From positions 7,998,001-8,062,000 of the forward strand of contig JBHGNT010000013.1 of NCBI GenBank assembly GCA_043228905.1: DNA of 64,000 bases, written 5' to 3'. The DNA is from Azolla caroliniana. Its lineage: Eukaryota > Plantae > Polypodiophyta. This document shows positions 25,468-39,500 of this stretch, one piece after another. Under the pieces are notes generated by a model that did no database searches, was not told where the DNA came from, and saw only the letters and a list, made by a program, of their open reading frames with translations. The position numbers and the translations under genes are program-made. Numbering within the stretch: the first letter of the stretch is position 1; each line of letters begins with the position of its first letter.

Positions 25468-28467
25468 TGCGTAAACCTTGTTGGTTTGTTGAGCTTGTTG
25501 TAGATGAGTAGATAAATATGAAGGTATCTTGCATAACCACTCCAAACGATCCTCTACGCAAGGATTTGTGGGTAACTCTGAGGTTTCAAATACACACCAC
25601 CGGGGGTGACAAGCCGTATAAGCATAAAATGGCGTAACTTTAGTTGATGAGTGGACAGAGTTATTATAGGCAAATTCGGCAAAGTGGAGAATATCCACCC
25701 AGTCATCCTGATGATAGCTTAGAAAGCACCGAAGATACTGTTCCAGCGTTTGATTTGTTCGTTCTACTTGGCCGTCGGTTTGCGGGTGGTAGGCGGAGGA
25801 GAGGTTACAAGTGACCTTGAGCATTTTAAAAAGGTGCTTCCAAAATTTCGAGAGGAACTGGGGTCCATGGTCACTGATGATATTATCAGGAAGGCCATGA
25901 TGCCGACAAACTTCACGCATGACAATTTCAGCGGTTTCTTCACTAGAGATTTCCTTGGTACATGGTAGGAAATGAGTCATCTTCATATATCAATCTACTA
26001 CTATTAAAATCGCATTGAATCCCTTAGAGACTAGAAGATCTGTGATGAAAACTAGAGCGATGGATTGCCACAGCTTGCTTGGAATTAGTAATGGTTCTAA
26101 TAAACCATATGGATGCTACCTTGGCATTTTTGCTCTACAACATGTATCACAAGTCCAAACAAAATCTTCGACAAATTGTCGCATACAAGGCCACTAGAAT
26201 GATCGTTGTACTAAATCTAATGTCTTGGTACTACCAAAATGCCTAGCTATATATGTTTCATGACAGTTTTGGACTACTCGAAGGCGGCAAGAACCATTAG
26301 GAACATACAAGAGTTTCTTAAAGAATACTAATCCATCATGACATTCAAATTGTCGATTGTCCGTACCTGATTGTTGTGACTGTGAACAAGATGCTCGAAA
26401 GGGATCAATTTGTGCTAGAATGGCATCGATAACGTGGGAATCCAAGGGCATGTTGAAGACCTATGTTGCTTGTAGTCGTGTCGGTCCCAAAATTACTTGC
26501 TTTTGGTTATCAAAAGTTGGCTTGCCGGGACGTGGTGCTAGATACGAACGCCATGATAATGCATCTGCCTTCCCTTGGTGCTTCCCCGAACAATATGTAA
26601 TTTTGAAGTCGAAACGCGTAAGGAATTGGGCCCACCGAGCTTGACGTCGATTTAACACACGAGCACTCTGAAAGTAGGCAAGGTTTTTGTGATCACTGAA
26701 TACGGTAACTTGATGAGAGGATCCCTCTAGAAAATGCCTCCATTGCATAAAACAGTCCATTATTGCTAATAGCTCCTTATCATGAATTTCATAGTTGATT
26801 TCGGTGGCGTCAAACTTGCGTGAGTGGAAAGCCACAAGATGTAGCTTTTCATCATTACCTTGTTGTGACAGAATGCTACCCAATGCGAAATCCGACACGT
26901 CCGCTTCCATGATGAATGGTTTTTCCGGATCAACATGCGCTAGAATAGGAGCTGATGTAAATGCCTTCTTAAGATTCTCAAAATCCATGTCCGCTTCTTC
27001 AGACCAAACGAACAATTGTCCCTTCTTAGTAAGTTGTGTGAGAGGCAGAACAAGCTTTGAGTAATCTTGTATAAACTTGCGGTAGAAATTGGCAATGCCT
27101 AAAAAGCATTGCACATCTCACAACAAACGCAGAGTTTGCCACTCTACCACCATTTTGACCTTAGTTGGATCCGTGGAGATTCCTTCTGAGGAGATGACAT
27201 AGCCCAGAAATTCCACCTGGTTGCACCCGAAACTACATTTTTCCAGCTTTGCATAAAGACCATGTTCTTGAAGTCGTTTTAGTACTAACAGTACATGAGA
27301 ATCATGCTCTTCTTGGGTCTTTGAATAAACCAGTAGATCATCCAAATAGATGATCAAACAAACATCCCAGAGATCTTGGAATATATCATTTGCCATGTGC
27401 TGGAAAACTGTTGGCGCATTAGTGGGGCCAAACGGCATGACCGTATACTCGAAGTGCCCATATCTAGTGCGAATCGCGGTCTTCCATTCATCTCCCGGTC
27501 GGATCCGTACAAGGTTATATGCTCCCCCGTAAGTCGATCTTCGTAAAGAACCTTGCACCATTGATCCCTTCTAAAAGACTTGAGATAAGGGGAAGTGCAT
27601 ACCTATTTCTGATGGTGACCTTATTCAAGCCACGGTAATCTACAACAAGATGAAGTGATCCATCCTTTTTCTTGACGAAGAAAATGGGTGCGCCGGTTGG
27701 AGATTTCGAATGCCGAATGAAACCATTCTCCAAATTCTCCTCTGTATTGGCTCGAAGGAATTCTACTCGATTGGTGACAAATTGTAGATCGGTCCCCATG
27801 GTGGCTCTTTTCCCAGTTGTAAATCGATTGGGCAATCACACAGTCCATGGTGAGGAAGCGTATTGGCTTGTACTTTATCAAACACATCGGCATAATGATA
27901 ATACTTCTTTGGAAGTTGAACAGTGGACTCCTCTTTAGTGGTGTTGGAGGGTTTTACTAATATTGCGAAGAGAAACATTTCTTCCTGGTGTCCTTCTTCC
28001 CAGAACTGATGTAGCGAAATGGTTGCAATCTTATGAGTAGATCCTCGGGCTTGTCGATATCGGATTTCTCTTGTTCTCCAATCTATGTCTGGGTTATGTA
28101 ATTCGAACCATGGTAATCCTAAAACAATGGGATGTTCTGGGATACTAATTATATTAAATGATACTACATACGCTAGATTATCTAGGACAATATTAACAGG
28201 CTCTAACTCTTCTATAATATTTCCGGAAGCAATGGGACGACCATCAATGACTACTACAAAGGCTGGACACGGGAGTTTTCTGAGAGATATCTGATGAGCT
28301 TGGGCAAAATTTCTATCCATGAAGCAAGAATTAGCTCCGGAATCTAGAAGTGCTAAGACATGTATTGGAGGGGAACTTTTAGTACTAACTATTACTTGGG
28401 CTACCAACACATTGCTAACTTGCTTAGAGGGAATGGAACCGCCAATGGGTTGCACAGATCTAGGGTT

Positions 28468-28512
28468 GTCCAACCAAACGGCTCCTATTTTGGATGGACT
28501 TAGTCGTTTAAC
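28468..28512 (-). promoter_or_regulatory. Putative -1 ribosomal frameshift signal at the gag/pol junction of gypsy B
   Basis: G-TTA-AAC just before the gag stop, a 6-nt spacer, then stem-loop GTCCATCCAAA/TTTGGTTGGAC. The protease frame is -1 relative to gag and is open across the site. Confidence 0.6.
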
Positions 28513-29770
28513 TCTTCTTCTAACTTACTAAGGACATCAAATTTGTTCGCTAGATTTGGGCTATTAGTACTATTAGGACTATCAGATATCCCTACTGAAA
28601 TAGACTTGGGTTTAGTACAATTAGAACTAGCAGCTATTTGGTTTACCTGTCTTCTTGGCCTATGAGGACAATTTACTGCAATATGCCCTGGTCCATCGCA
28701 ATAAAGACATAGTCGATTTGCTCTACGTCGTTGCTTTTCTTCTTCCGATAATGGTCCACGATGATATGTAGTGTCAATCTCCATCGGAGTCGGAATATTC
28801 ACTGGAGACACATTATATGACTCCTTCGGAAAAAGTTTCGCTACCACTGAGGCGTAGGTGGGCTCTGATCTTGCCCTCGGCATCTGGAATTGCCGTTTCG
28901 AACGTCGTTCAAAAAGGCGGTTGTCGCATCTCACCACGCGACTGATTGCTTCTATTAATGACTTTGGTTCTTCGGGGAAGGTCAAGAGTAAATCCTTGAC
29001 ATCGTTGCGTAAACCATAACGAAATTGCTCCATCAATTCTTGATCATCCCAAGGGATATCGGCGGCGCGTAGGCCGAATCTGCAGCGTATGCGGAGGCTG
29101 GACGATCACCTTGGCGTAATCATCGGATTTTGTTGATTGTTGTCCTTATGTTGTCAGTATCTCCAAAACATGCTTTAAACTCACTTATAAATTCTTCACA
29201 ATTTTTTATTAATGAAGATTCCTTTTCTAACAATGGAGTAAACCATGCCAATGCTGAGCCACTAGGTAGAGTGCCTACTAGTCCCACTCGTGATGCATCG
29301 GTGGGATATCGAGAAGAATGCATTTGAATCACTAAATGTACCTAATTCAGAAAACCTCTAAACTATGATCGGGTCCCATCAAATTTTGCAGGAAGACCGA
29401 TCTTGGGTTCTTTGTGAATCCCTTGATTGCTTGATCCTTGTTGTTGTAGTGATACAATAGTCGCTTCAAGTTGTTGTACACGTAACGTCAGCTCCCCGTG
29501 TTGTTGTTGTTTTTCCAGCACTATTTGTTGAAGATCCCCCAACAAACGGTGATTTTCTTGTTCTAGTGCTACAAATTTCTCTTTTAAGCACTGGAACTCC
29601 GAGAAAACATATTGGTATTCCTGAGCGCTAACAGTTTCCATTTTATTAGGGAGGATAAGAGGATTAGTATGAAGGGAAAAAAGGGGTAAGAAGATGAGGG
29701 AAACCGGAAAAAAGGGGATATGTAAGAAGATAAAAGGAAGAGGAGGAAAGGAGGAGACGGAAGGAGGAGA

Positions 29771-29782
29771 AATCGGTTCAAA
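29771..29782 (-). promoter_or_regulatory. Self-priming PBS of gypsy B
   Basis: TTGAACCGATTT next to the 5' LTR is the exact complement of AAATCGGTTCAA (30021-30010), which starts 33 nt after the LTR TATAAAA (30054). Confidence 0.8.
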
Positions 29783-32700
29783 CTATCATGAATAGTACTG
29801 AGATAGAGAAGAAATTAGTGCTAAGAGAGGAATATTAGTACGAAGAGGAATAGAGGGTGTAGAACACTCGAGAGAAGGAGAGAGTGAGTGAGTGAGTGAG
29901 TGAGTGAGTGAGTGAGTGAGTGAGAGATCGAGGGAGAGAAAATGATGATGACACCGATATATTATGTGAGACGAATATACAAGGAAGGCTAGGAGGCTTA
30001 AGACTGACGTTGAACCGATTTGGTTCGAAATAATGCCTTGTTCCTCCTTTTATAGTGTTCTCAGGAGTAGTCCTGAAGCTTCTAGAATGTTCCAAAGAAA
30101 TCTGGAATATACATTAATTTTCTATATTAAAACTTAAATAAAAATAATATCCTACGTATTACAATAGATAATGTAATGGTCAAGAGTTCGACCCATGTAA
30201 CATAAGGCCATGGTTTCAAGTCTTGCCATATCATGACAGCTAATGGAAGAGTACAATACATCAACGAGGCGATACATTCATTAGGAATTTCTATTCATAA
30301 TTATATAAAGGAAGTAGACTTATGTAATACTAGGTTATCCCTGGTTTTATAATAAAAACTCTTCTTTATCTATTGATTGGGTTCATCATTCTATTACTTT
30401 TGTACTAAACGATTGTACTCATTTTATTCAATGTGTTAAAAAACAATCTCTTTCGATTGTTTCCTCTCCATCAATATCCGAGTTGTCTTGTTCTACTTTA
30501 TTTTATTGTGTACTTGATCCGGACATTCACGTTTACAATATTGATAATGTCTCAGTTCAATTATCATATTTTGAACAACAACAACTCGATGAAACCTTAA
30601 TTGATTTTTGTGATGTTTTTCCGAGTGAACTACCACATGGGTTACCTCCTAAATGTAATATAATCCATCATATAGATATTGTACCTGGCATTGCACCAAT
30701 AAGTATACGTCCTTATCGCTTAAGTCGATCCAAAGAGGAGGAGGTATCTAAGCACGTCAAGGACTATTTATGAATGGGTTATATATGTTATAGTAAATCT
30801 CCATGGGTTGCACCTGTTCTCTTGGTAAAAAAGAAAGAAGGCACATGGCGTATGTGTATTAATTACCAACGCCTGAATAACGCTACGATCAAGAATTAAT
30901 ATCTATTGCCCCAGGCTGACGATCTAATTGTCCGTCTCCAGGGAGCTCAGTATTTTACGAAACTTGATCTCCGTACGGGCTACCATCAAATTCGTATTAG
31001 TGAGGACGATGTTCCTAAAACGACATTCCATACGCGTTATGGCCATTATGAGTTTTTGGTTATGCCTTTTGGTTTGACCAATGCTCCAGCCACATTTCAA
31101 CAAGAAATGAATGACATTTTCCGAGAACAACTTGGAAAATTTGTCGTTATTTTCTTGGATGATATTCTAGTTTATAGTCATACATGAGGAGAACATGCTA
31201 AACATGTTTGCTTTGTTTTACAAACATTACACGACAAGCAATTCTACGTGAAGATCTCAAAATGCGAGTTTTTCAAGAAATCAATTACTTATCTTGAACA
31301 TCTCATAACTGAACGAGGAGTTGAAATTTGGCCCACTCTTCGGAATAAAATCAAACTTTGGCCCACTCTTCGGAATATTCGAGAAGTTCGATCATTCATT
31401 GGTTTTGTCGGGTTTTTGCGAAAATTCCCTTCGTAATTACTCCCAATTGACGACGTCGTTTACTAATCTTCTAAAAGGTCAAACGCGTAAGTCTACAAAA
31501 CCTATTGTGTGGAATGTTACACTAGACCTCGCCTTTAAGGAACTCAAGGACCTGGTGTGCAAGACTCCTTCGCTTCTTGTACCTGGTCCTTCAAAATTTT
31601 TTGAGGTTGAAAGCGATGCAAATGATTATGCTATAGGTGTTGTCTTATATCAAGATGGTAAACCAATAGCATTCGAGAGTAAGAAACTTGATTCTACTCA
31701 ATTTCTGTATACCGTAGTTACTCAAGAAAATGAATTATTTGCAGTTATACATGCGCTCAAAACATGGCGCCATTATCTTTATGGAAATCATTTTGTGGTA
31801 ACTACGGACGACGAGTCCTTGAAATATTTCTGTGACCAACAAGACTTGAAAGGTTGTAAGGCACGATGGGCTGATCTCATCCAGGACTTTAATTTTTCTA
31901 TACGATATCGTAAAGGTTCCATGAACACTGTCGTGGATGCACTAAGTCGCATCCGTGAAGTTAACATGCTTAGCTTCACTGAAATAACATCAGATTTTTA
32001 TGATCACCTTTGAGGAAAGTATCCTGATGATAGTTATTTTGCGAAATATTGGGCAAGAGTTGAGTCTGGAATAGACACCACCACATCCTCGAAGGAATCC
32101 TTCCACGTTGCTAACAGTCTACTCTATTGTAATGGGAAGGTCTGTGTTCGACATTTGCCTGAGGTCAAAAAGAGAATTCTTTTTTAATGCCATGATGCAC
32201 CCTCAGCAAGGCACCCTGGAATACATCGTACCCTCGTTTTCATCTCCACTCAATTCTATTGGCCTAAGATGTGTCCTGACACACATAGTTATGTGACTAA
32301 AGGTCACCAATGTCAGGTTAACAAAGCCGAACAACTTAAAGCTGCAGGACTTTTTCCTTGGACATTCCCAATAATAAGTGGGAAAGTATATCCACAGATT
32401 TTATTGTTAGCCTTCCTCACGCCCAAAAAGGCTATGATGCCATCTAGTTTGTGGACCGTTGATAGACTAACTAAAATGGCCAAATTTATTGCTACTAAAA
32501 CCACGATAACAACTCCTGAATTGGCTTACCAATTCGTTGACGAGTTATTTCATTTTTATGGGTTACCGATGGATATCGTGAGTGATCGAGATCCAAAGTT
32601 TACTTGTGACTTCTGGATGCAAGTCTTTAAGAAGTTAGAAACTATGTTGAGCATGAGCTCCACAAATCATCCTCAATCTGATGGACAGATAGAACAAGTA

Positions 32701-33821
32701 AATCAAATTATTGAGGACATGCTTCGAGCATATGTTGGTGCAAAACCAACAAAATGGGAACGTTATCTTCCAATTTTGGAGTTTGCTTATAACAGCTCCA
32801 AGCATACGTCGACGGGATATAATCCTTTTAAGTTGATGCATGGTTTTCAGCCACGAGCCCCGATTGATGTTAATATACATCATGATGAGTTAGTTGCGAA
32901 GTACGCAAAACTTTCTTCGGGATATGCAAGATATGTTGCATATTGCATGAGATAATATAAAAACGGCTCAAGGTAGAGCGTGTTTTTACGCCGATCATAA
33001 TAGGCAACCTCGTGTATTCAACCTTGGACAGAAGGTATTTTTACGTGTACCTCACAATTCTAAGACATTGTCTACGGGTAAGTGCATTAAGTTAGCCCCA
33101 CGGTTTTGTGGACCTTTTCAAGTCCTCAAACGCATTGGTTCATCAGCCTATCATCTCGCTCTTCCCGATGGCGTTGAAATTCATCCAGTTTTTCATGTAA
33201 GTTGTCTAAAAGAACTTCTAAGTTCTGGCGACAATACAGTTACAACTGAAACTTTGGTTACTTCTGAAGAATTATCTTCTAAACCACATGTACCAGAAAG
33301 AATTCTTGATGTTAAAACAAAAAAATTGTGTACAAAAATAATCCAAGAATTTAAAATTAAATGGATGGATAAATCTATCAAAGATGCCACATGGGAATGC
33401 GAAAATACTCTTAGAACTAACTTCCCTAACTTTCCATTGCAAGAGTGCAATGTTTTAAAGAGGGGGAGTATGTTACAGGCATGACCATATTATATACCGT
33501 GGTGAGAATTTACCATAGTATTCTATACACGTGGATAAGTGTGAGGGTTAAACGAGAGTGTAAAGAAGGGGCGGATTACTTTAAATCCTCGAGATTGAGA
33601 CAACCCATTAGGCCAACTGTGAACTTGCCTAGGGGCCTTAGGTCTCGCTATAAATATGAGGCCTAGCTACCCTCATTTCATCATCTCTTGACTACGTCGA
33701 GACTCTGATCTTGTGGTGGGCTATGGTCGGGTGGATCGGCACCCTTCATTCTCTCTCTCCTTTCTTATTTCATATATCTTTTATCCTTATCATATGCTTA
33801 CGTTAGAACATCGCTCTAACA

Positions 33822-33914
33822 CACATACACACACATATCACATAATCTTCCGTCGCTTAACTACTCCAATAATTAGTCTCTAATTAACCCTAGTGAATTA
33901 CCTAATTATTAACA
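33822..33914 (+). repeat. Displaced, inverted terminal fragment of the copia 3 LTR
   Basis: Reverse complement of about 54970-55062 (TGTTAATAATTAGGTAATT...GTGTGTATGTG). Followed by CTATC, the reverse complement of GATAG at 55429-55433. Confidence 0.9.
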
Positions 33915-34049
33915 CTATCAAATAACCACTCTTTAGGGCTATTTCAAAGGCTTTGCTAAAGTCCACAAAAACAACAATATAATTTTTGTTTGTGAGCCTT
34001 GGTCTAGTTAATTAAGCATTTAAGTGTGAATATATGATTAGCAATAGAA

Positions 34050-35110
34050 AAGGCTCATCTAAAGCTACCACATTCAAGCGCTCAAAGACTTAATGTCTCC
34101 ATATAATTGTTGAGCTTTGTTCCATCACTACCCCATATAATTAGCAACAATATGGGCAATCATAATAGTCCTATATGCATTGAGGTCCATGGGGACCCCT
34201 CCAATGTATAAGGGGGTATTGTGTTCATGATCTATTGTGGTGGAAAACCCTCTATGAGGGCATGATTAAAGAGTAGAGTGATCTTGGTTCCCGTAATCTC
34301 CTCCAAGCAATGGCATAATCACTACTCATAAACATATGGTAGAGGTCCCAATATTGAGATACCTCCCACACACATCTCTTACGACATGTCACATTTTGCA
34401 TTTCTTTGAGAGCATGTATTGAGGTAAAGGATACTTTAAGTTGTTTATATAAGTCTTTCCAATTCTAATCATACTATATACTTTATGGCATAGAACCAAA
34501 TCTAACTTTCTATTCATCTCGGATACATGGGTTCCACAAGATTTGTTGATTGAGCCAGAAAGGTTCAAAGTTAGGTTGATCGCACTTGAGCCCTCATCTT
34601 ATGTCACACCACGCCTTCCACATGGATGCATTGAATTTATCCTCCAATTGGCGTGAGAAACTTGGTTTGAGATCCATGTTTAGAATCCATCTCGTCTAAG
34701 TGACCCAATTAGCACCTCTTCGTGGCTTAAAGTAAGCGAAGCGTAGTCTCAATAGCATTTTCCAGCAGTCATCCCCTAGTTGGAGTCTTCGCACCACAAA
34801 TTTGGTGAGTAATGCTTTGGATTATGAGAGAGCATCAATCAGACCCATCCCTACTCTCAACTTGGGTGATGTGAGAACATGCCATGCCACCTTGGCCGAG
34901 CTACATGATTTTCCTTACTAGACCAAATGTGATTGCGTACCAATTGTTGAATCTGATGTTACTAACCTTTGGAGATTGTCCCACATGATAGGTTGTACCA
35001 TATCACGTATCCAACTATATAAAATCATTTTTGCCCTTGTGATTATTTTGTAGCTTACATTGAACAATCCAAGCAAGATGTGGTAATCTCTAATTTCGCT
35101 TTTATAATTT
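34050..35110 (-). mobile_element. Degenerate LINE (L1/Tx1-like) ORF2 remnant
   Basis: Fragments LGLFNVSYKIITRA (RT region) and AKVAWHVLTSPKLRVGMGLID...KALLTKFV, with many stops. Boundaries approximate. Confidence 0.7.
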
Positions 35111-36505
35111 ATTTGCATACTCTTTTTATTGCCAATATATTTTTAAAGGTCGAACACTTGTTTCCAACAACATAACCTAGTAAGAGGCAGGGGATTTAAC
35201 TCCCAATTGTAACTGTCAAAAGACTTTTTGAATCTTCTCAATCTCATTCCATGCATTGAGATGGATAGTTCCACCTCACGCTTCTATTCCATAAACCAAG
35301 ACATGGGTTACAATGGTATTAAATAACATTAGTTTCACATCCCATCCCTCGGTATCACTTTGGTTGCATTAGTCCATTGGAGGATACAAGCACAACCCAA
35401 CAAGTTGGGGCCAGAGGGAGAAAACAAAGGGTGACAATGGAACAAGGAGACAAATGACAAAACTATGGATAATGTCCCAAGCTTGGGATTGACCTACTTG
35501 GAGACCAACTACAACAAAAATACCATTATTTACATCTGTACATGTACAATGCATTAGCAAAAGGTGCAACCTTCCAACAGTATATAACCTCACAAATAGA
35601 ATTCACGCAAATGAAACTTTACAATACAACCTTATTATCCTCTGGTACTTGGGAGGTTAGAACATTTTTTTATCATCAATCTTTCATCTATGATGTATAA
35701 TTGTTCTACAGTCGCAAGATTGCCACAAATGAGAAATGTCCTTTTACTTCCTTGTGTTGTCCTTCAATAATTCTTCATGACTCCTATGGATCAACTACAA
35801 AAAAACATACTTCCAACAAGAAATATCCCCTTCTCAGCAAATAGAGGAGAAATATAAGCTAAAATTACAGTCAAGTTTATCGGTTTGCTTTTATTAAGAA
35901 GAGTTGGATTAGTGAAAGTTAAATAATGAATTGTGTCATTCATCTCAAAATCAAAGTAACTCCACTGTATGCGATGCCAACCATATAACAATGCATAACT
36001 GAAAAACTAATCCAGCATTCATCCAAAACTCTAATGTTGAATACACAAAAAATGGAGTATGAACATTTGAGAAAACCTCGAACCATCTTTTCGTAATTCT
36101 ATTAGGTCTTGAAGAGAAGTTAACGTGCATGGAATTATAAGAAAAAGATATTGCTGTAAGAATGACTACAAATGCTTCCCAAATTTGAAGGAAGCAAAGG
36201 GATACATAAAAGAAGTAATAACAGTGGTAATGATGGCCGATGGGCTTGAGCAATATTTCTTGCAATACAATACCTTTGTCTGGTATACGGGTTAAAGAAA
36301 TCGTGCAGAAGAAAAAGCACAGAATATGGGATCTGTATGAAGATACATTGACCTGTTCTATAGGTTTTGAGATAAAAATCTGGCAAGCATCAAGAAATGC
36401 TTTCAACAATCCTTCTGCGTATTTGGCTAGAATTGTCGAGGATGGATGAAATGCCTTCGTGGTTCCATACCATTGACGGACCATTTCAATTTTTATTATT
36501 GAACA

Positions 36506-39500
36506 TTACTTCCGTGGTGGCATCCCTCTTAATAGATTGGTGAACCCGAAAAAACTGAGTTTTCCATCTCCATGTCGAACCCAGTCTCGCAAAGCAACAT
36601 GAGCTGGAACTGTAGGTGGGACACCTAACTCCTGGATTTTGCAAAGAAGGGTTTATGAGGACGGTTGACACTAGATTAGTATAGAGAATTCAAGCACAGC
36701 TTAAGATTGGTTTTGGTGATTATTATAATTGATCACCTTGTTTACCATTTCAATTTTCATATCAGTTTGTTCTTGACCACAATACAAAACAATTTGGCAA
36801 TTTTTGCACCCTTACCTTGGCTAGATCTTCGATCATCACAACTCGGTTTCCTTCCCTTTCAAAAATTTCATATGCAGTATGTGTTTGATACTCCCATCTC
36901 TCTAGTCCTTCGTATTGCGATGCGCTAATAGCTGCTGCACAGAACTCTTGAAAATCCATCTTCTTGAATTGAGCTGCATCAATCTGATGAGGATAAACCT
37001 CTAAGCATCGTCAACCCATCAACAATTACATTGTTAGAAATGCCAAGCAGACTTCCAAAAGAGCTTTTTTTAACATACTGAAGATATCATATCCAATATT
37101 CGAGAATCCTTCATTGCTTCTGATGCATTTTTTGTCATGGCCTGTTCAAAAGATATTATCTTTGTAAGATAATCGAACATCTTGCTAACAATTCAAAATA
37201 ATACATTCTTGCAAAGAACAGGCCCCAGAAAACATCTATATTTTTCATCTAATTTTCATTGAAAAAATAATGGCCATGCAGTGGACACACCGCTTTTAAG
37301 CTCTCCAACGTTATCCGCCCATTCTTGCTGGGCTCAAGCAGAACAAATTGGGCTCGCAAATAGAATAGATCGTCCTCAGATAAAGTCTTCGAGAATGCCT
37401 GTCAAGGATGGATGTTGCTCATTGCTTGTTTAATGCACCATTCAAAATGTTATTCAAGCTTCAAATTTTAGCATCAAATACTTGTTCTTAGTAACCCTCT
37501 TGTTTGTTCATCAAGGATATGCATGTCAACACTTGAGAGTGAGGCATGACTGGATGTGCTTGTAAAAGATAGCAAATATTTTCCTCATGCACAGATCAAA
37601 TTTTAGCTGTCCAGAAGGACTCTGGTGATCTGAGGTTCACAAGCATGTGGTGCTCACAATTAAACATTATATAGAGACCCCTACATCATTGATATGTGCA
37701 ACCTTAGAGAGTAGACCTCGTTACAGTTATTTCATTTGATCAGAATATATTTTTAACAACCAGATAATTGTCCTTATCAATATCACAACCAAGGCTTGGT
37801 TTGGTTGCAAGTTTTATAAAATTGCAACGAGGTCTTTTACAGACTGTTATGGGCCTGGTCTGTAAATGAGACGTTTAGGCAGAGATTATTGAGTGGCACT
37901 TCCTCAGATAAAATTTTGAAACAGTCTGGAATGATCAACAATCTCGCCAAGTTCGTTTTGAACCTTTGATGATGATTCTCAGTATAAGAGACCTTGTAAG
38001 AACTAGTAGGGGGTTCCCATAACATGAAATTGTTATGAGATAGCACATATTTAAATTACTTAACAATCATACTCGTGTACTGTTATTATCCATTTTGACA
38101 ACTTGTAAATGGAGCTACAACGTTTTGAGCATTAGCATTTAGCAATCATACCTAACAAGCATCATTATGCTACTGTTGCTATGCATGTTGACAGCTTATA
38201 TAACGAAACTACAATCTTTTGAGCATTAGCATTTCGCAATCATACAATTTGCAGTGCAAAGAAGCATAGCAGACATCCATTCAAGATATGTTTTTCTTTT
38301 TTCGAGGCAGTGAAATTAGAACATAACTCACCTTCAAAGCAGCTCTTCTTACAATTGAAGATCTGAGATACGTTTTGATTAACCTAAAGATCAATATATC
38401 AAGGGGAATCTTTTGATGCCCACGTAACCAGGGGTGAGCTGCAATTAATAAAAAGAATGCATTAGATAAGGAGCAGCAAAGTAATATCAATATATTGTTT
38501 GATGTAAAGTATAACTTACTCAATGCCTGAGCAGCTGTCATTCTCTTATGCCGATCCTTCGTAAGGAGACGCTTCACAAAATCCTTTGCCTCTGGTGATA
38601 TGATAGGCCATGGGGTTTCATCAAAGCTCGGTTCGGTTTTTAGCACAGACCTGAAGATACCTGATTCTGTGCGTGCCCAAAACGGCCGGCTGCCACAGAG
38701 CAGAATGTAAGTGATGACACCAATGCTCCACACGTCAGCTTCAATGCTGTAAGACCTATGAAGAACCTCTGGCGCCACATAGTACGCACTTCCAACAATG
38801 TCATTTAGACGCTCGTCTGTCAGTAACAAATTCTACTTGAGTCATGTAAACCCCATAAATTTGAGTAATAGAGACCAGAAGTCAAAGTATCACCTGGCCT
38901 GGCATAATCTGAGAGTCCAAAATCAATAGCCTTCAATGGAGAAGCCTCATCCTTAGTTGTGAACAAGAAATTCTGCAAGAAACAACCAGACAGATTATCA
39001 ATTAGATCTTTCAAACACATCCATACATGTAAAAACAGAAGAGGCAACGAAGATTATGGATCCGAACTTTATGTCGGCATTAAAGAGATTCTCTTTATAT
39101 TTGAAACCAATGATTCCCACGATGTGTAACAAATCCTTTGGATAAAGGAAGTGTACTGATTGGACAAAGAAAAATTGAAGAATGCTCCATGCAGTATTCT
39201 ATATAGCGCACCTCTGGTTTAAGATCTCGATGTACAACTCCTTGGAGGTGACAAAATGCAACAATATTCAAGATCTGGGCCACTACAACTTTAGCATCAT
39301 CTTCAGCATACCTCCCACCTCTGTTGGATGAACATCTTAAAACGGCTTCAAACCACAGTCTTATATTCCTAGACATTAGATTCCTGTTGGAGAAGTTAAA
39401 TTTACCTCGAAAGAATGTGATCGAGAAGTTCACCTCCTTCACACAATCTGCCAAGATGAGAATGATAAGCACAAACACAGCACAGCATCCAATCCCAATT

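Larger units (their letters stand above)
11803..30238 (-). mobile_element. Ty3/gypsy chromovirus B (Tcn1/Tf1-sushi-like), full length but degenerate, inserted in the protease of A
   Basis: LTRs 11803-17662 (split by copia 2) and 29784-30238; TSD GCTGA/GCTAA. Gag 28500-29641 with CLYCDGPGHIAVNC; PR LLDSGANS; RT YLDDLL; RH; INT; chromodomain YEVAAILDSK...YYLVDWLGY...W at about 17720-17885. Confidence 0.93.
9905..33821 (+). mobile_element. Ty3/gypsy chromovirus A, 3' part (gag remainder, PR, RT, RH, INT, chromodomain, 3' LTR), interrupted by nested insertions
   Basis: Gag LQPPSRTEVAQAL...CFVNGIP at 9905-10153; zinc knuckle CIFCKKNGHTKEQC near 11465; protease FLFDLGSSHNF at about 11695-11725, resuming at 30244; [20 protein letters not shown] at about 31060-31170; integrase; chromodomain-like ERILD...FKIKW...ATWE; PPT 33457-33470; LTR 33471-33821. 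Confidence 0.9.

Noticed and set aside
35951-36484. 177-aa ORF downstream of CRK
   Set aside because: No recognisable motif; probably the CRK 3' UTR.
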